NCBI GenBank assembly: GCA_038208905.1
Contig: JBBQYG010000095.1
Coordinates: 1 to 15,037 of the forward strand
Reading direction: 5' to 3'
Source: Candidatus Sumerlaeia bacterium
GTDB lineage: Bacteria; Sumerlaeota; Sumerlaeia; SLMS01
Length of the DNA: 15,037 nt
The notes under the pieces were generated by a model, which worked only from the letters and a program-made list of their open reading frames with translations, was not told the DNA's origin and did not search any database. This document shows positions 1 to 7,805 of this stretch, in pieces; position 1 is the first letter of the stretch, and the number at the start of each line of letters is the position of its first letter. Position numbers and translations under genes: made by a program.

Positions 1-306
1 GAGATCGCCACGTCGGCGTTCCGCATTGTGCAGGAGGCCCTTGGAAACGTGGCGAAGCACTCCAAGGCAACCCGCGTGGATATCGCCATCGGGATGACGG
101 GCGCGTCGCTTTGCCTCGCCGTTAGCGACAACGGCGTGGGCTTCGACACGGTATCACTTCCCCGGATGCAGGCCGCTCGCGGCTGCAGCGGGATGCTGAA
201 CATGAAGGAAAGAGCACGATTTTTGGGCGGAGACTTCAGCCTCGAATCCGCCCCCAGCAAGGGCACCAAGTTGTCCGTGTCCATCCCCGTGAAGGAGGTC
301 GTATAG
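1..306 (+). CDS. Sensor histidine kinase, C-terminal HATPase domain (NarX/UhpB, HisKA_3-type); 5'-truncated by the window edge
   Basis: Frame 1 is open from base 1: EIATSAFRIVQEALGNVAKHS (N-box), AVSDNGVGFD (G1), GMLNMKERARFLGG (G2-like), ESAPSKGTKLSVSIP. Stop TAG at 304-306 is 3 nt before the regulator. The GTG at 28 is an internal codon, not the true start. Confidence 0.93.
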   Translation, partial: EIATSAFRIVQEALGNVAKHSKATRVDIAIGMTGASLCLAVSDNGVGFDTVSLPRMQAARGCSGMLNMKERARFLGGDFSLESAPSKGTKLSVSIPVKEVV

Positions 307-309
307 ACC

Positions 310-984
310 ATGTCCCAGGAACGCGACATCAGGCTGTTGATTGCGGACGACCACACAATCGTCCGGCAGGGATTGAGGAAGCTCCTCGAAGACGAGCCCG
401 GAATGGAAGTCATCGGCGAGGCCGTAGATGGCCGCGATGCCGTGACCAAGGCGACCGACATGATGCCCGACATCGTGCTGATGGATCTGTCGATGCCGGG
501 CCTCCACGGCCTTGAGGCGGCGCGCCAGATCACCAAGCGCCTCCCCAAGACGCGCGTGCTGATCCTGAGCATGCACAAGAACGAAGCCTACGTGCTCCAG
601 GCGCTGCAGGCCGGCGCCAGCGGCTACATCCTGAAGGACTCCGCCAGCGAGGAAGTCACCGGCGCCATCCGCGCGGTCAGCCGCGGAGACAGCTACCTCT
701 CCCCCGCCATCAGCCGTCTGGTGATCGAGGATTACCTTCGCCTCAGCATCCCCGGACAGGGCGGCACCAAGTCGCTCTACGACACGCTCACCGTCCGCGA
801 GCGCGAGATATTCCAGCTCCTCGCCGAGGGCCTCAAGAACCAGGAAATCGCCGAGCGCCTCCACGTCTCTGTCAAGACCGTGGAGACCCACCGCGCCCAC
901 ATCATGGAGAAGCTCAACCTCAACAACATCGCCGAGCTGGTGAAGTACTCGATCGAGATAGGGATTGTGCAGTTGGATGCCTGA
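310..984 (+). CDS. NarL/FixJ-family DNA-binding response regulator (REC + LuxR HTH)
   Basis: REC motifs IADDH, VLMDLSMP (phosphoacceptor Asp), ILSMH and GYILK. LuxR HTH LTVREREIFQLLAEGLKNQEIAERLHVSVKTVETHRAHIMEKL. SD-like AAGGAGG at 292-298. Confidence 0.96.
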   Translation: MSQERDIRLLIADDHTIVRQGLRKLLEDEPGMEVIGEAVDGRDAVTKATDMMPDIVLMDLSMPGLHGLEAARQITKRLPKTRVLILSMHKNEAYVLQALQAGASGYILKDSASEEVTGAIRAVSRGDSYLSPAISRLVIEDYLRLSIPGQGGTKSLYDTLTVREREIFQLLAEGLKNQEIAERLHVSVKTVETHRAHIMEKLNLNNIAELVKYSIEIGIVQLDA

Positions 985-988
985 AGGC

Positions 989-1159
989 GGGGAAAAGCAG
1001 GGGAAGGCAGGGAACGGTAGGGAAAAGCGGGAAAGGCGGGAAGGCGGGATCTGCGTGGGTTGGGTGGCGCGGTTCCCGCCGGGGGAGGAGAAATCCGGCA
1101 TCCTCCCCATCACGCCGTTTCCGCCTTTCCCGTTGTTCCCGCCGGCCCCCCTTTTCCCC
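989..1159. repeat. Degenerate 8-10 nt purine-rich tandem repeat with a mirror pyrimidine-rich arm, forming a long imperfect inverted repeat between convergent genes
   Basis: Left arm units GGGGAAAAGCA/GGGGAAGGCA/GGGAACGGTA/GGGAAAAGC/GGGAAAGGC/GGGAAGGC. Exact complementary pairs: 989-997 with 1151-1159, 1028-1039 with 1121-1132, 1082-1089 with 1101-1108. Confidence 0.8.
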
Positions 1160-2112
1160 TAAGCCAACCCCTCGCGCGTCAGGTACCTCTCCACCTCAAG
1201 CGCCGCGGCGCAGCCGTAGCCCGCGGCGGTGATGGCTTGGCGGTAGGTGTGGTCGTGGATGTCGCCGGCGGCATAGACTCCGGGGATGTTGGTCTTCTGG
1301 TGATGATCGACGATGACATAGCCGTTCTCGTCGGTGGCGACGGCGCCGCCGAGGACCTTGGAGTTGGGGTTGTGGCCGATGGCGAGGAACATGGCGTCGG
1401 CCGTGATTTCGCGGATCGAGCCGTCGCGCGTGTCCTTTAGCTTGAGGCCGGTCATCCTGGGGAACTTGCCGGTGAGGTCGCCAATCACCTCGTGAGGCGT
1501 GGAGTTCCACTCGAACTTGATCTTGGGATTGCTGAGGGCGCGGTCGGCCATGATCTTGGACGCGCGCAACTCGTCTCGCCGATGGACGACGATCACCTGG
1601 GAGGCGAGCTTGGAGAGATAGCTGGCCTCCTCCATCGCCGAGTCGCCGCCGCCGATGACGGCAACCGTCTTCCCCTTGTAGAAGCCACCGTCGCACACGG
1701 CGCACGTGTGAACGCCGCGGTTCCAATAGGTCTGTTCCGTGGGCAGGCCCAGCATTCGTGGCGACGCGCCCGTGGCGATGACGACGGCGTGGGTCAGGAT
1801 TTCCGTCTTGCTGGTGTGGAGCTTGAAGGGACGCTGGCCAAAGTCCACGCGCTCAATCACCTCGTAGACGATCTCGGTGCCCGTGCGCTTGGCCTGCTCC
1901 TCCATGTGGGTCATCAGCTCGGGACCCTCGATGCCGGTGGGAAAGCCGGGGAAGTTCTCCACCTCGGTCGTGGTGGTGAGCTGTCCGCCGATCTGTGCCC
2001 CGCAGTAAACCACGGGCGACAGATTGGCGCGAGAGAGGTAGATCGCGGCAGTCCACCCGGAGGGGCCGCTCCCGATGATGACTGCCTTCCTGATTTCCTG
2101 ATCCGAGGCCAT
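1159..2112 (-). CDS. trxB: Thioredoxin-disulfide reductase (low molecular weight type)
   Basis: IIGSGPSG (FAD), GGQLTTTTEVENFPGF, redox motif CAVCDG, VIGGGDSA (NADPH), VHRRDELRAS, GVYAAGD, YRQAITAAGYGCAAAL. Start moved to ATG 2112 (MASDQE) because AAAGGGAG lies just upstream; 317 aa. Confidence 0.97.
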   Translation of the reverse strand: MASDQEIRKAVIIGSGPSGWTAAIYLSRANLSPVVYCGAQIGGQLTTTTEVENFPGFPTGIEGPELMTHMEEQAKRTGTEIVYEVIERVDFGQRPFKLHTSKTEILTHAVVIATGASPRMLGLPTEQTYWNRGVHTCAVCDGGFYKGKTVAVIGGGDSAMEEASYLSKLASQVIVVHRRDELRASKIMADRALSNPKIKFEWNSTPHEVIGDLTGKFPRMTGLKLKDTRDGSIREITADAMFLAIGHNPNSKVLGGAVATDENGYVIVDHHQKTNIPGVYAAGDIHDHTYRQAITAAGYGCAAALEVERYLTREGLA

Positions 2113-2390
2113 TGTTGCTCCCTTTTGACGCGGTGATTCAAGCTGCCATTGGAGACAATGCAAGACGGTGGCCGGGCGGGGGGCAAGGGTTGCGGGGTGC
2201 CGGGTAAGGAAGTTCGTGTTGCGTGCTGGTCGATGCCCTGTGCGAATTTGGGAGGGGGTAGGAATCCACGCGAGACACGCAGAAAATGGGAGAGCGAATG
2301 CTGGGAGTCGATGGGCGTTGCGCTTTGCGTTTTCTGGTGTAGTCCGCCGCTGTCGCGATCCCCCTAATTGCTGCCGCCAGCCAGCATTCC

Positions 2391-4088
2391 ATGCGCCACC
2401 AGTGGGGCCGGGGCGACGTGCTCTATCCGTGGTGGTCGCTGGCCGCTGGCCTTCATCTAGTCTTGCTTGGGGTGTTGCTGTGGCTCGAATCGCGGCCCGC
2501 TCCGGCGCACGCTGACCAACCCGCAGCGCGACCGGGACGTTTGTTCCCGCTGGCGATTCTGAGCGTTGCGGCGGCTTATGTGCTGTTTCTGCTGTTCGAG
2601 GTTCGCCGTTATCAGCGCATGGTTTGGTTCGAGCCGATCAACCCTCTGCAAGCGGACATGTTGCCGATCATTCAGGCGGCACTGTCATCGTTCTGGCACG
2701 AGGGCGTATTCCCCTATCGCCATGTGTATGTGGGGCATTGGTCCACGTGGCTCACCTTTCAGCCGGGGCATTGGTTACCCTTCTCAGTGCCCTATCTTGC
2801 CGGGGTGGACATTCGCATCTGGCAGATGGCCGCGCTGGCGGCGACCAGCTTCCTGCTACTGTTTCAGGGGCTGTGGTCGCTGTGGCGGCGACCCAACTGG
2901 GTTGGTGCCACAGTCGCGCTTGTGCTGCTCTCGATTCCAATTTTCCTTTTCCGGACATGGGCTTTCGGCGGATTCCTGCCGGCGCTTCACGTCGCGGGAA
3001 TGTGGTTCACCCTCGCGGCGTGGGGAGTCTCGCTGCTCCACGGATACCGGCGGACGGCCGCGCTTTTCCTCGGGCTCAGCATGTTGACTCGGCCCTACAT
3101 GGTATTCGCGGGACCGCTGTATCTGATCTACCTCTGGCACACGCATTGGAGGAAGAGCAGGAAGGCGGGATTGATAGAGGGCGCAATCACCGCGGCCCCC
3201 TTCCTGTTGATCATGCTCCCGTTTCTGATAGTCGATGGCCGGGCGGTCGTGGTGGGGATGCTCGACGCCTATGAGGGGCTGCTGGCCTACCAGATACAGC
3301 TGGACCCGCAGGCTCCGCTGGGATTCGCGCTAACGGGGTTTCTCTACAAGCTCGACCTTTTCGGATGGAAGCGCGTCGGCGCGTTGGCACTGCAGGGATG
3401 CGTGCTCGCCGCCGCGCTGCGATGGCTGCGCACGGATCGCGACATGTTGCGATTCACCGCCGTCTCCATCTTCTGCTTTCACACGTTTGCCATTATCCCC
3501 TACTTCTACATCTTCGCGGCGCCCGCGGTCTTGCTGGCGATTGCGTCGCCCGCCGGCGGCGCACAGCCCCCGCCCCATGGACCGACCCATCGGATCGCGC
3601 TCGTTTGCTCCTGCACGGCATTCTTTGGCATCTATGCCTTCCTCATTGGATGGACGGTGCTTCGTCCTCCGGGGCACCTCCCCGTGGGAGCGCGCGGCGG
3701 GAACAACGAACTCTTTGCCAGCCGCCTCGTGCTCGGCGGTACCCCGGAGGCAGGATGGGAGTCCAACACCGGCGGATATACAAGCCGCCTCACGGGCAAA
3801 CACGCCTATCTGGCGATCCCCGTCCGTGACCGGTCGTTCAAGAATCTGGAGATCGAGTGGGACACCCGCGAGGCGCAGAGCGAGTTCCGAATGGAAATCG
3901 CCATCAATCACCGAATTGTGGGAACGCTAACCCTCCCCCCGGGTGAAGCGGCCCATCTCACACGCATGGTTATTCCAAACTCCGTGCTCTTCTGCGGCTC
4001 CAATTTGGTACGTGTGTCACAAGCGGGCGAGGAAATCGCGCCGGTGGCACTTCGGCGGTGCGTGCCGATGGACCCGACGGCGCGCTAA
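2391..4088 (+). CDS. Multi-pass membrane protein, probable GT-C fold glycosyltransferase (GT87/DUF2029-like), with a C-terminal soluble beta-rich domain
   Basis: About 10-12 hydrophobic segments. The first large loop QADMLPIIQAALSSFWHEGVFPY...TFQPGHWLPF matches the D...G.nPY...(Y/F)xP pattern of GT-C enzymes. AALFLGLSMLTRPY is also typical. The last ~140 aa are hydrophilic. No clear SD, so the start is uncertain. Confidence 0.62.
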   Translation: MRHQWGRGDVLYPWWSLAAGLHLVLLGVLLWLESRPAPAHADQPAARPGRLFPLAILSVAAAYVLFLLFEVRRYQRMVWFEPINPLQADMLPIIQAALSSFWHEGVFPYRHVYVGHWSTWLTFQPGHWLPFSVPYLAGVDIRIWQMAALAATSFLLLFQGLWSLWRRPNWVGATVALVLLSIPIFLFRTWAFGGFLPALHVAGMWFTLAAWGVSLLHGYRRTAALFLGLSMLTRPYMVFAGPLYLIYLWHTHWRKSRKAGLIEGAITAAPFLLIMLPFLIVDGRAVVVGMLDAYEGLLAYQIQLDPQAPLGFALTGFLYKLDLFGWKRVGALALQGCVLAAALRWLRTDRDMLRFTAVSIFCFHTFAIIPYFYIFAAPAVLLAIASPAGGAQPPPHGPTHRIALVCSCTAFFGIYAFLIGWTVLRPPGHLPVGARGGNNELFASRLVLGGTPEAGWESNTGGYTSRLTGKHAYLAIPVRDRSFKNLEIEWDTREAQSEFRMEIAINHRIVGTLTLPPGEAAHLTRMVIPNSVLFCGSNLVRVSQAGEEIAPVALRRCVPMDPTAR

Positions 4089-5416
4089 ACCAGCGCCGGT
4101 TCCCGCGTCTCGATCTCGCCAAAGAGCGTGTGCGAGTTGCAGCCGGTGATGCGGACCTGGACGAGGGTGCCCACGAGGCGGGTGTGGCCGGGGAAGATGA
4201 CGCTCTTGTCGGTGCGCGAGCGGCCTTGGAGTGAGCCGACGTCCTTGCGGGCGGGTCCTTCGACGAGGATCTCGTGGAGGCGGCCCGCTTCGGCCTGGTT
4301 TTTTTCGAGGGAGATCGACTCCTGAAGCTGGATAAGGCGCTGGAGGCGTTCTTTCTTCACCGCATGCGGCACGTCGTCCTTCATGGTATCGGCGGCGACG
4401 GTGCCCGGGCGGGGGCTGTACATAAACATATACGCAAGGTCGTAGCGGACTTCCTCCACGAGGCGCATCGTGTCCTCGAACTCCTCGTCCGTCTCCGTGG
4501 GGAAGCCCACGATGATGTCGGTGGTGAGCGAGTGCAGCGGGTTCGATTCGCGGAACATGGAGAGGAGTTGGCGATATCGCTCGATGTTGTAGGCGCGCTT
4601 CATCGTGCGGAGGACCCGGTTGTTGCCCGACTGCACGGGGAGGTGGAGGTTCTCCATCACCTTGCCGCACTCGGCGATGGCGGCGATGTGGCGGTCGCGG
4701 CAGCTCTTGGGATTGGAGGTCGTATAGCGGATGCGCCAAAGGCCGTCGATTTCGTCGAGCGCGTGGAGGAGGTCGTGGAAATCCTCCCGCGCGGGGGTCA
4801 TAAAGCTGTTCACGTTCTGGCCGAGGAGGGTGACCTCGCGGAAGCCCTGATCGACCATGGCGCGCACCTCCGCGACGATGTCGGCGATGGGTCGGCTGTA
4901 TTCCTCTCCGCGCGTCTTGGGGACGATGCAGTAGGTGCAGGAGTTATTGCAGCCATACATGATATTCACGTAGCCGCGCAGCCTGCTCCGGCGGGCGGGA
5001 ATGACGTTCATGGAGAGCGGCTTGTCGATGTCCTCGGTCGCAACGACGCGCTGGCCATCGACTTGGTAGCGGGCGATCAATTCTGGCAGGCGGATGTAGT
5101 CGCGGGTGCCCACGACGATGTCCAGATGGGGAATGCGGTCGAGGAGGCGCTGTCCTTGGTCCTGGGCGACGCAGCCGGACATGACGACGACCATGCCGGG
5201 ATTCCTGTGCTTGGCGGAGCTGAGGGTCTCGCACCGGGCGAGCGCGCGGTTCTCCGCCCCTTCCCGGACACAGCATGTATTGAATACCACCACGTCGGCG
5301 TCGAACTCGCTGGCGGTGGACTCGTAGCCGCGCTGGCGCAGGAGCCCCTCCATGATCTCGGAGTCGAGTTCGTTCATCTGACAACCGTAGGTGATGACGC
5401 TGTACTTGCCGGACAT
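4085..5416 (-). CDS. miaB: tRNA-2-methylthio-N6-dimethylallyladenosine synthase (radical SAM methylthiotransferase)
   Basis: UPF0004 cysteines in TYGCQMN, NTCCVRE and SGCVAQ. Radical SAM motif GCNNSCTYC, IVPKTRGEEYSRP, TLLGQNVNS, HLPVQSG, TDIIVGFPTET, YSPRPGT, and a C-terminal TRAM domain. Confidence 0.95.
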   Translation of the reverse strand: MSGKYSVITYGCQMNELDSEIMEGLLRQRGYESTASEFDADVVVFNTCCVREGAENRALARCETLSSAKHRNPGMVVVMSGCVAQDQGQRLLDRIPHLDIVVGTRDYIRLPELIARYQVDGQRVVATEDIDKPLSMNVIPARRSRLRGYVNIMYGCNNSCTYCIVPKTRGEEYSRPIADIVAEVRAMVDQGFREVTLLGQNVNSFMTPAREDFHDLLHALDEIDGLWRIRYTTSNPKSCRDRHIAAIAECGKVMENLHLPVQSGNNRVLRTMKRAYNIERYRQLLSMFRESNPLHSLTTDIIVGFPTETDEEFEDTMRLVEEVRYDLAYMFMYSPRPGTVAADTMKDDVPHAVKKERLQRLIQLQESISLEKNQAEAGRLHEILVEGPARKDVGSLQGRSRTDKSVIFPGHTRLVGTLVQVRITGCNSHTLFGEIETREPALV

Positions 5417-5468
5417 AAAGTCGCCTTGCCTGCCACTTTTTGACCCGGCACGGCGCCGGGGACCGTGG

Positions 5469-5498
5469 TGAGTAGGCAGGTTGGGCCCGCCCCGTCAA
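5469..5498 (-). promoter_or_regulatory. Possible sigma70-type promoter for miaB
   Basis: Minus strand reads TTGACG-N18-TACTCA, ending about 50 nt before the miaB ATG. The -35 is good; the -10 and spacing are imperfect. Confidence 0.35.
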
Positions 5499-5513
5499 GG
5501 GAAGCGGGGGCCT

Positions 5514-5529
5514 GCCGATTCGAATCGGC
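5514..5529. promoter_or_regulatory. Perfect 16-bp palindrome, candidate operator or hairpin
   Basis: GCCGATTCGAATCGGC equals its own reverse complement and lies in the divergent miaB/desaturase intergenic region. The palindrome is certain; its function is not. Confidence 0.45.
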
Positions 5530-5642
5530 CTTGCTCATCGCCTTTCGGTTGCCTCGGTCCATACAGGCTCGAATGATGCTCAGGACTAAGGGCAGTGCGG
5601 TAGAAGTCGCACCCCACAAACCAATCAGCGAGAAGCAATTAC

Positions 5643-6644
5643 TTGGAGCCAAAGCCCCGCACATCCGCAATCTCTTCCGTGGGCCAGTCGATCCTCCGAT
5701 GGTTCGACGGCGACATGATCAAGGTCTCCGACGAGGACAAGCGGAACCCCCGCGTGGACTGGCTCCGCGTGATCCCCTTCATCGCCATCCACGCCATGTG
5801 CCTGGGGGTGATCTGGGTGAGCTGGAGCTGGGTCGCGGTGGCCGTGTGCGTCTTCATGTATGCCTTCCGCATGTTTGCCATCACGGGGTTCTATCACCGA
5901 TACTTCTCGCACCGCACGTTCAAGACAACGAGGTTTTGGCAGTTCATCTTCGCGCTGTGGGGAAACACCTCGGCCCAGCGGGGAGCCCTCTGGTGGGCGG
6001 CCCATCACCGGCACCATCACCGCCACTCCGACGAGGAGGACGACGTGCATTCGCCCCACCAGCACTCGTTCCTGTGGAGCCACGTGCTGTGGATCACGTC
6101 GCGGAGCAACTACGAGACGGACTACAACGAGGTAAAGGATCTGGCCAAGTTCCCGGAGCTTCGCCTGCTCAACCGGTTCGACGTTCTGGTGCCGATCGTC
6201 CTTGGCTTCGGCATGTTCTACTTTGGCATGGCGCTGAATCACTTCTTTCCGCAACTGGGCACCAGCGGCATCCAAATGCTGATCTGGGGATTCTTCATTT
6301 CCACGGTGCTGCTATTCCACGGGACGTGTACGATCAACTCGCTATCGCACGTATTTGGGTGGAAGCGCTATGACACGGGCGACGAGAGCCGGAACAATCC
6401 CGTGCTGGCGCTGATCACCTTCGGAGAGGGCTGGCACAACAATCACCACCACTACCCCGCTTCGGCGAGGCAGGGGTTCTTCTGGTACGAGTTCGACATC
6501 ACCTATTACCTGCTGAAGGTGATGTCCTGGCTCGGGATTATCTGGGACCTGAAGCCCGTTCCCGACAAGGTTCGGCTCACGATTCAACCGAATGCGAGGC
6601 CGCAGAATGCCCAATCCAGTGGAAGTTTTCCAGACGGGGTTTAA
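5643..6644 (+). CDS. Membrane acyl-CoA/acyl-lipid desaturase, delta-9-like
   Basis: Three His boxes: GFYHRYFSH, WAAHHRHHH and EGWHNNHH. Also TINSLSH, DESRNN, hydrophobic segments and FDITYYLLK. Start uncertain: TTG 5643, or ATG 5715 as an alternative. Confidence 0.93.
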   Translation: MEPKPRTSAISSVGQSILRWFDGDMIKVSDEDKRNPRVDWLRVIPFIAIHAMCLGVIWVSWSWVAVAVCVFMYAFRMFAITGFYHRYFSHRTFKTTRFWQFIFALWGNTSAQRGALWWAAHHRHHHRHSDEEDDVHSPHQHSFLWSHVLWITSRSNYETDYNEVKDLAKFPELRLLNRFDVLVPIVLGFGMFYFGMALNHFFPQLGTSGIQMLIWGFFISTVLLFHGTCTINSLSHVFGWKRYDTGDESRNNPVLALITFGEGWHNNHHHYPASARQGFFWYEFDITYYLLKVMSWLGIIWDLKPVPDKVRLTIQPNARPQNAQSSGSFPDGV

Positions 6645-7023
6645 CCAGCTAAGTAGCAGGACCCTTCACTTGGTGGAGGATATCTACGCGGCGGACATCC
6701 ACTTCCTCGATCCGATTCACGAGATTCATGGGATCGCGAAATTGCGAGAGTATTTCGCGAAACTCTACGACGGCGTGGTCTATTGCCAGTTCGACTTCGC
6801 GAAACCCCTGGTTTCCGGCAACGAAGCAAGCATCCCGTGGATCATGCACGTGGAACACGGCAAGTTCCAGAAGGGGAAGCGCGCCCACGTCCCCGGCATA
6901 TCCCATATTCGATTTGCGGAGAAGGTGACATATCACCGGGACTACTTCGATCTGGGGGCGCTGATCTATGAGCGCGTCCCCGTGCTGGGCGGGTTGATTC
7001 GCGGGATCAAGGGGCGGATGTGA
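6607..7023 (+). CDS. SnoaL-like / NTF2-family protein
   Basis: IYAADIHFLDPIHEIHG...YF...WIM...VPGISHIRF...YHRDYFDLGALIYERVPVLG is the pattern of NTF2-like proteins found in cfa/DUF1365 clusters. ATG 6607 is preferred over 6592 (GAGG upstream); it overlaps the desaturase by 38 nt. Confidence 0.88.
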   Translation: MPNPVEVFQTGFNQLSSRTLHLVEDIYAADIHFLDPIHEIHGIAKLREYFAKLYDGVVYCQFDFAKPLVSGNEASIPWIMHVEHGKFQKGKRAHVPGISHIRFAEKVTYHRDYFDLGALIYERVPVLGGLIRGIKGRM

Positions 7024-7805
7024 CGGTGGCGCCGCCCCTTGCGAGTTGTCTCTACGAGGGTCGGGTTCGCCATCGACGGTTCGCGCCGCGGGCGCACGAG
7101 TTCTCCTACTCCCTGTTCTTCTGCTACCTCGATCTGGACGAACTGGATCGCGTCTTTGCGGGACGCTGGCTGTGGTCGGCGAGGCGCTCCGCGGTCGCGT
7201 GGCTCCGGCGCGGGGACCACCTTGGCGACCCGGACGTCCCCATGTCCACGGCAGTCCGCGACTTGGTCGAGCGGGAATCGGGAAAGCGGCCCACGGGGCC
7301 GATTCGCCTGCTGACGCACTTGCGCTATTTCGGTTACTGCTTCAATCCAGTGAGCTTCTTCTACTGCTTCGACGATGCCGGCGAGCGCGTGGAAACGATC
7401 GTGGCGGAAGTGAGTAACACGCCGTGGAGGGAGCGGCATTGCTATGTGCTGACCGAAGCGCTCAACGAAGGTGCCGACACGAGGAAGCGGTACCGCTTCG
7501 CCAAGGACTTCCACGTATCCCCCTTCATGGACATGGCCCACGACTATGATTGGCGTTTCGGGGAACCGGGCAATCAGCTCGCCATCCACATGGAGAACTG
7601 GAAGACTGGCGCGCGGTACTTCGATGCGACGATGTCGCTTCGGCGCCGCGCGATGACCGGGTTGACGCTCGCAAGCGCGCTCGCGCGGTTTCCCCATATG
7701 ACCGGCAAAGTCCTTGCGGCGATCTATTGGCAGGCGCTGCTCCTTTGGCTGAAGCGTATTCCGTTTCACTCCCACCCCCGCAGCACGGAGCAAAAGGCGC
7801 AATGA
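7020..7805 (+). CDS. DUF1365 family protein
   Basis: LYEGRVRHRRFAP..HEFSY, LDLDEL, LLTHLRYFGYCFNPVSFFYC, AEVSNTPWRERHCY, KDFHVSPFM, IYWQALLLWLK..PF..HP. GTGA start/stop overlap with the upstream gene. Confidence 0.92.
   Translation: MTVAPPLASCLYEGRVRHRRFAPRAHEFSYSLFFCYLDLDELDRVFAGRWLWSARRSAVAWLRRGDHLGDPDVPMSTAVRDLVERESGKRPTGPIRLLTHLRYFGYCFNPVSFFYCFDDAGERVETIVAEVSNTPWRERHCYVLTEALNEGADTRKRYRFAKDFHVSPFMDMAHDYDWRFGEPGNQLAIHMENWKTGARYFDATMSLRRRAMTGLTLASALARFPHMTGKVLAAIYWQALLLWLKRIPFHSHPRSTEQKAQ

Noticed and set aside
154..1113. 319-aa minus-strand ORF
   Set aside because: Antisense shadow of the kinase and regulator genes. It has no recognisable motifs, and long shadow ORFs are expected at high GC.
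989..1159. Possible CRISPR array
   Set aside because: The units are 8-11 nt, degenerate and contiguous, with no unique spacers and no cas genes.
965..1162. 65-aa ORF across the repeat spacer
   Set aside because: Its low-complexity G/K/E and P/F halves simply reflect the purine and pyrimidine repeat arms.
2113..2390. Possible ncRNA or small ORF in the trxB/GT-C divergent spacer, including an imperfect repeat at about 2275-2288/2328-2340
   Set aside because: The pairing is short and imperfect, I recognise no RNA family motif, and the small ORFs lack SD sites or protein-like features.
5265..5285. Extra Cys in MiaB NTCCVR
   Set aside because: A variant I recall from other MiaB proteins; all six required cysteines are present.
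4274..5443. 389-aa plus-strand ORF
   Set aside because: Antisense shadow of miaB.
5514..5529. TTCGAAT resembling a tRNA T-loop
   Set aside because: There is no G53-C61 closing pair, and I could not build an acceptor, D or anticodon arm around it.
5465..6373. 302-aa alternative-frame ORF over the desaturase
   Set aside because: Arg/Pro/His-rich off-frame translation; the His-box frame is the real gene.
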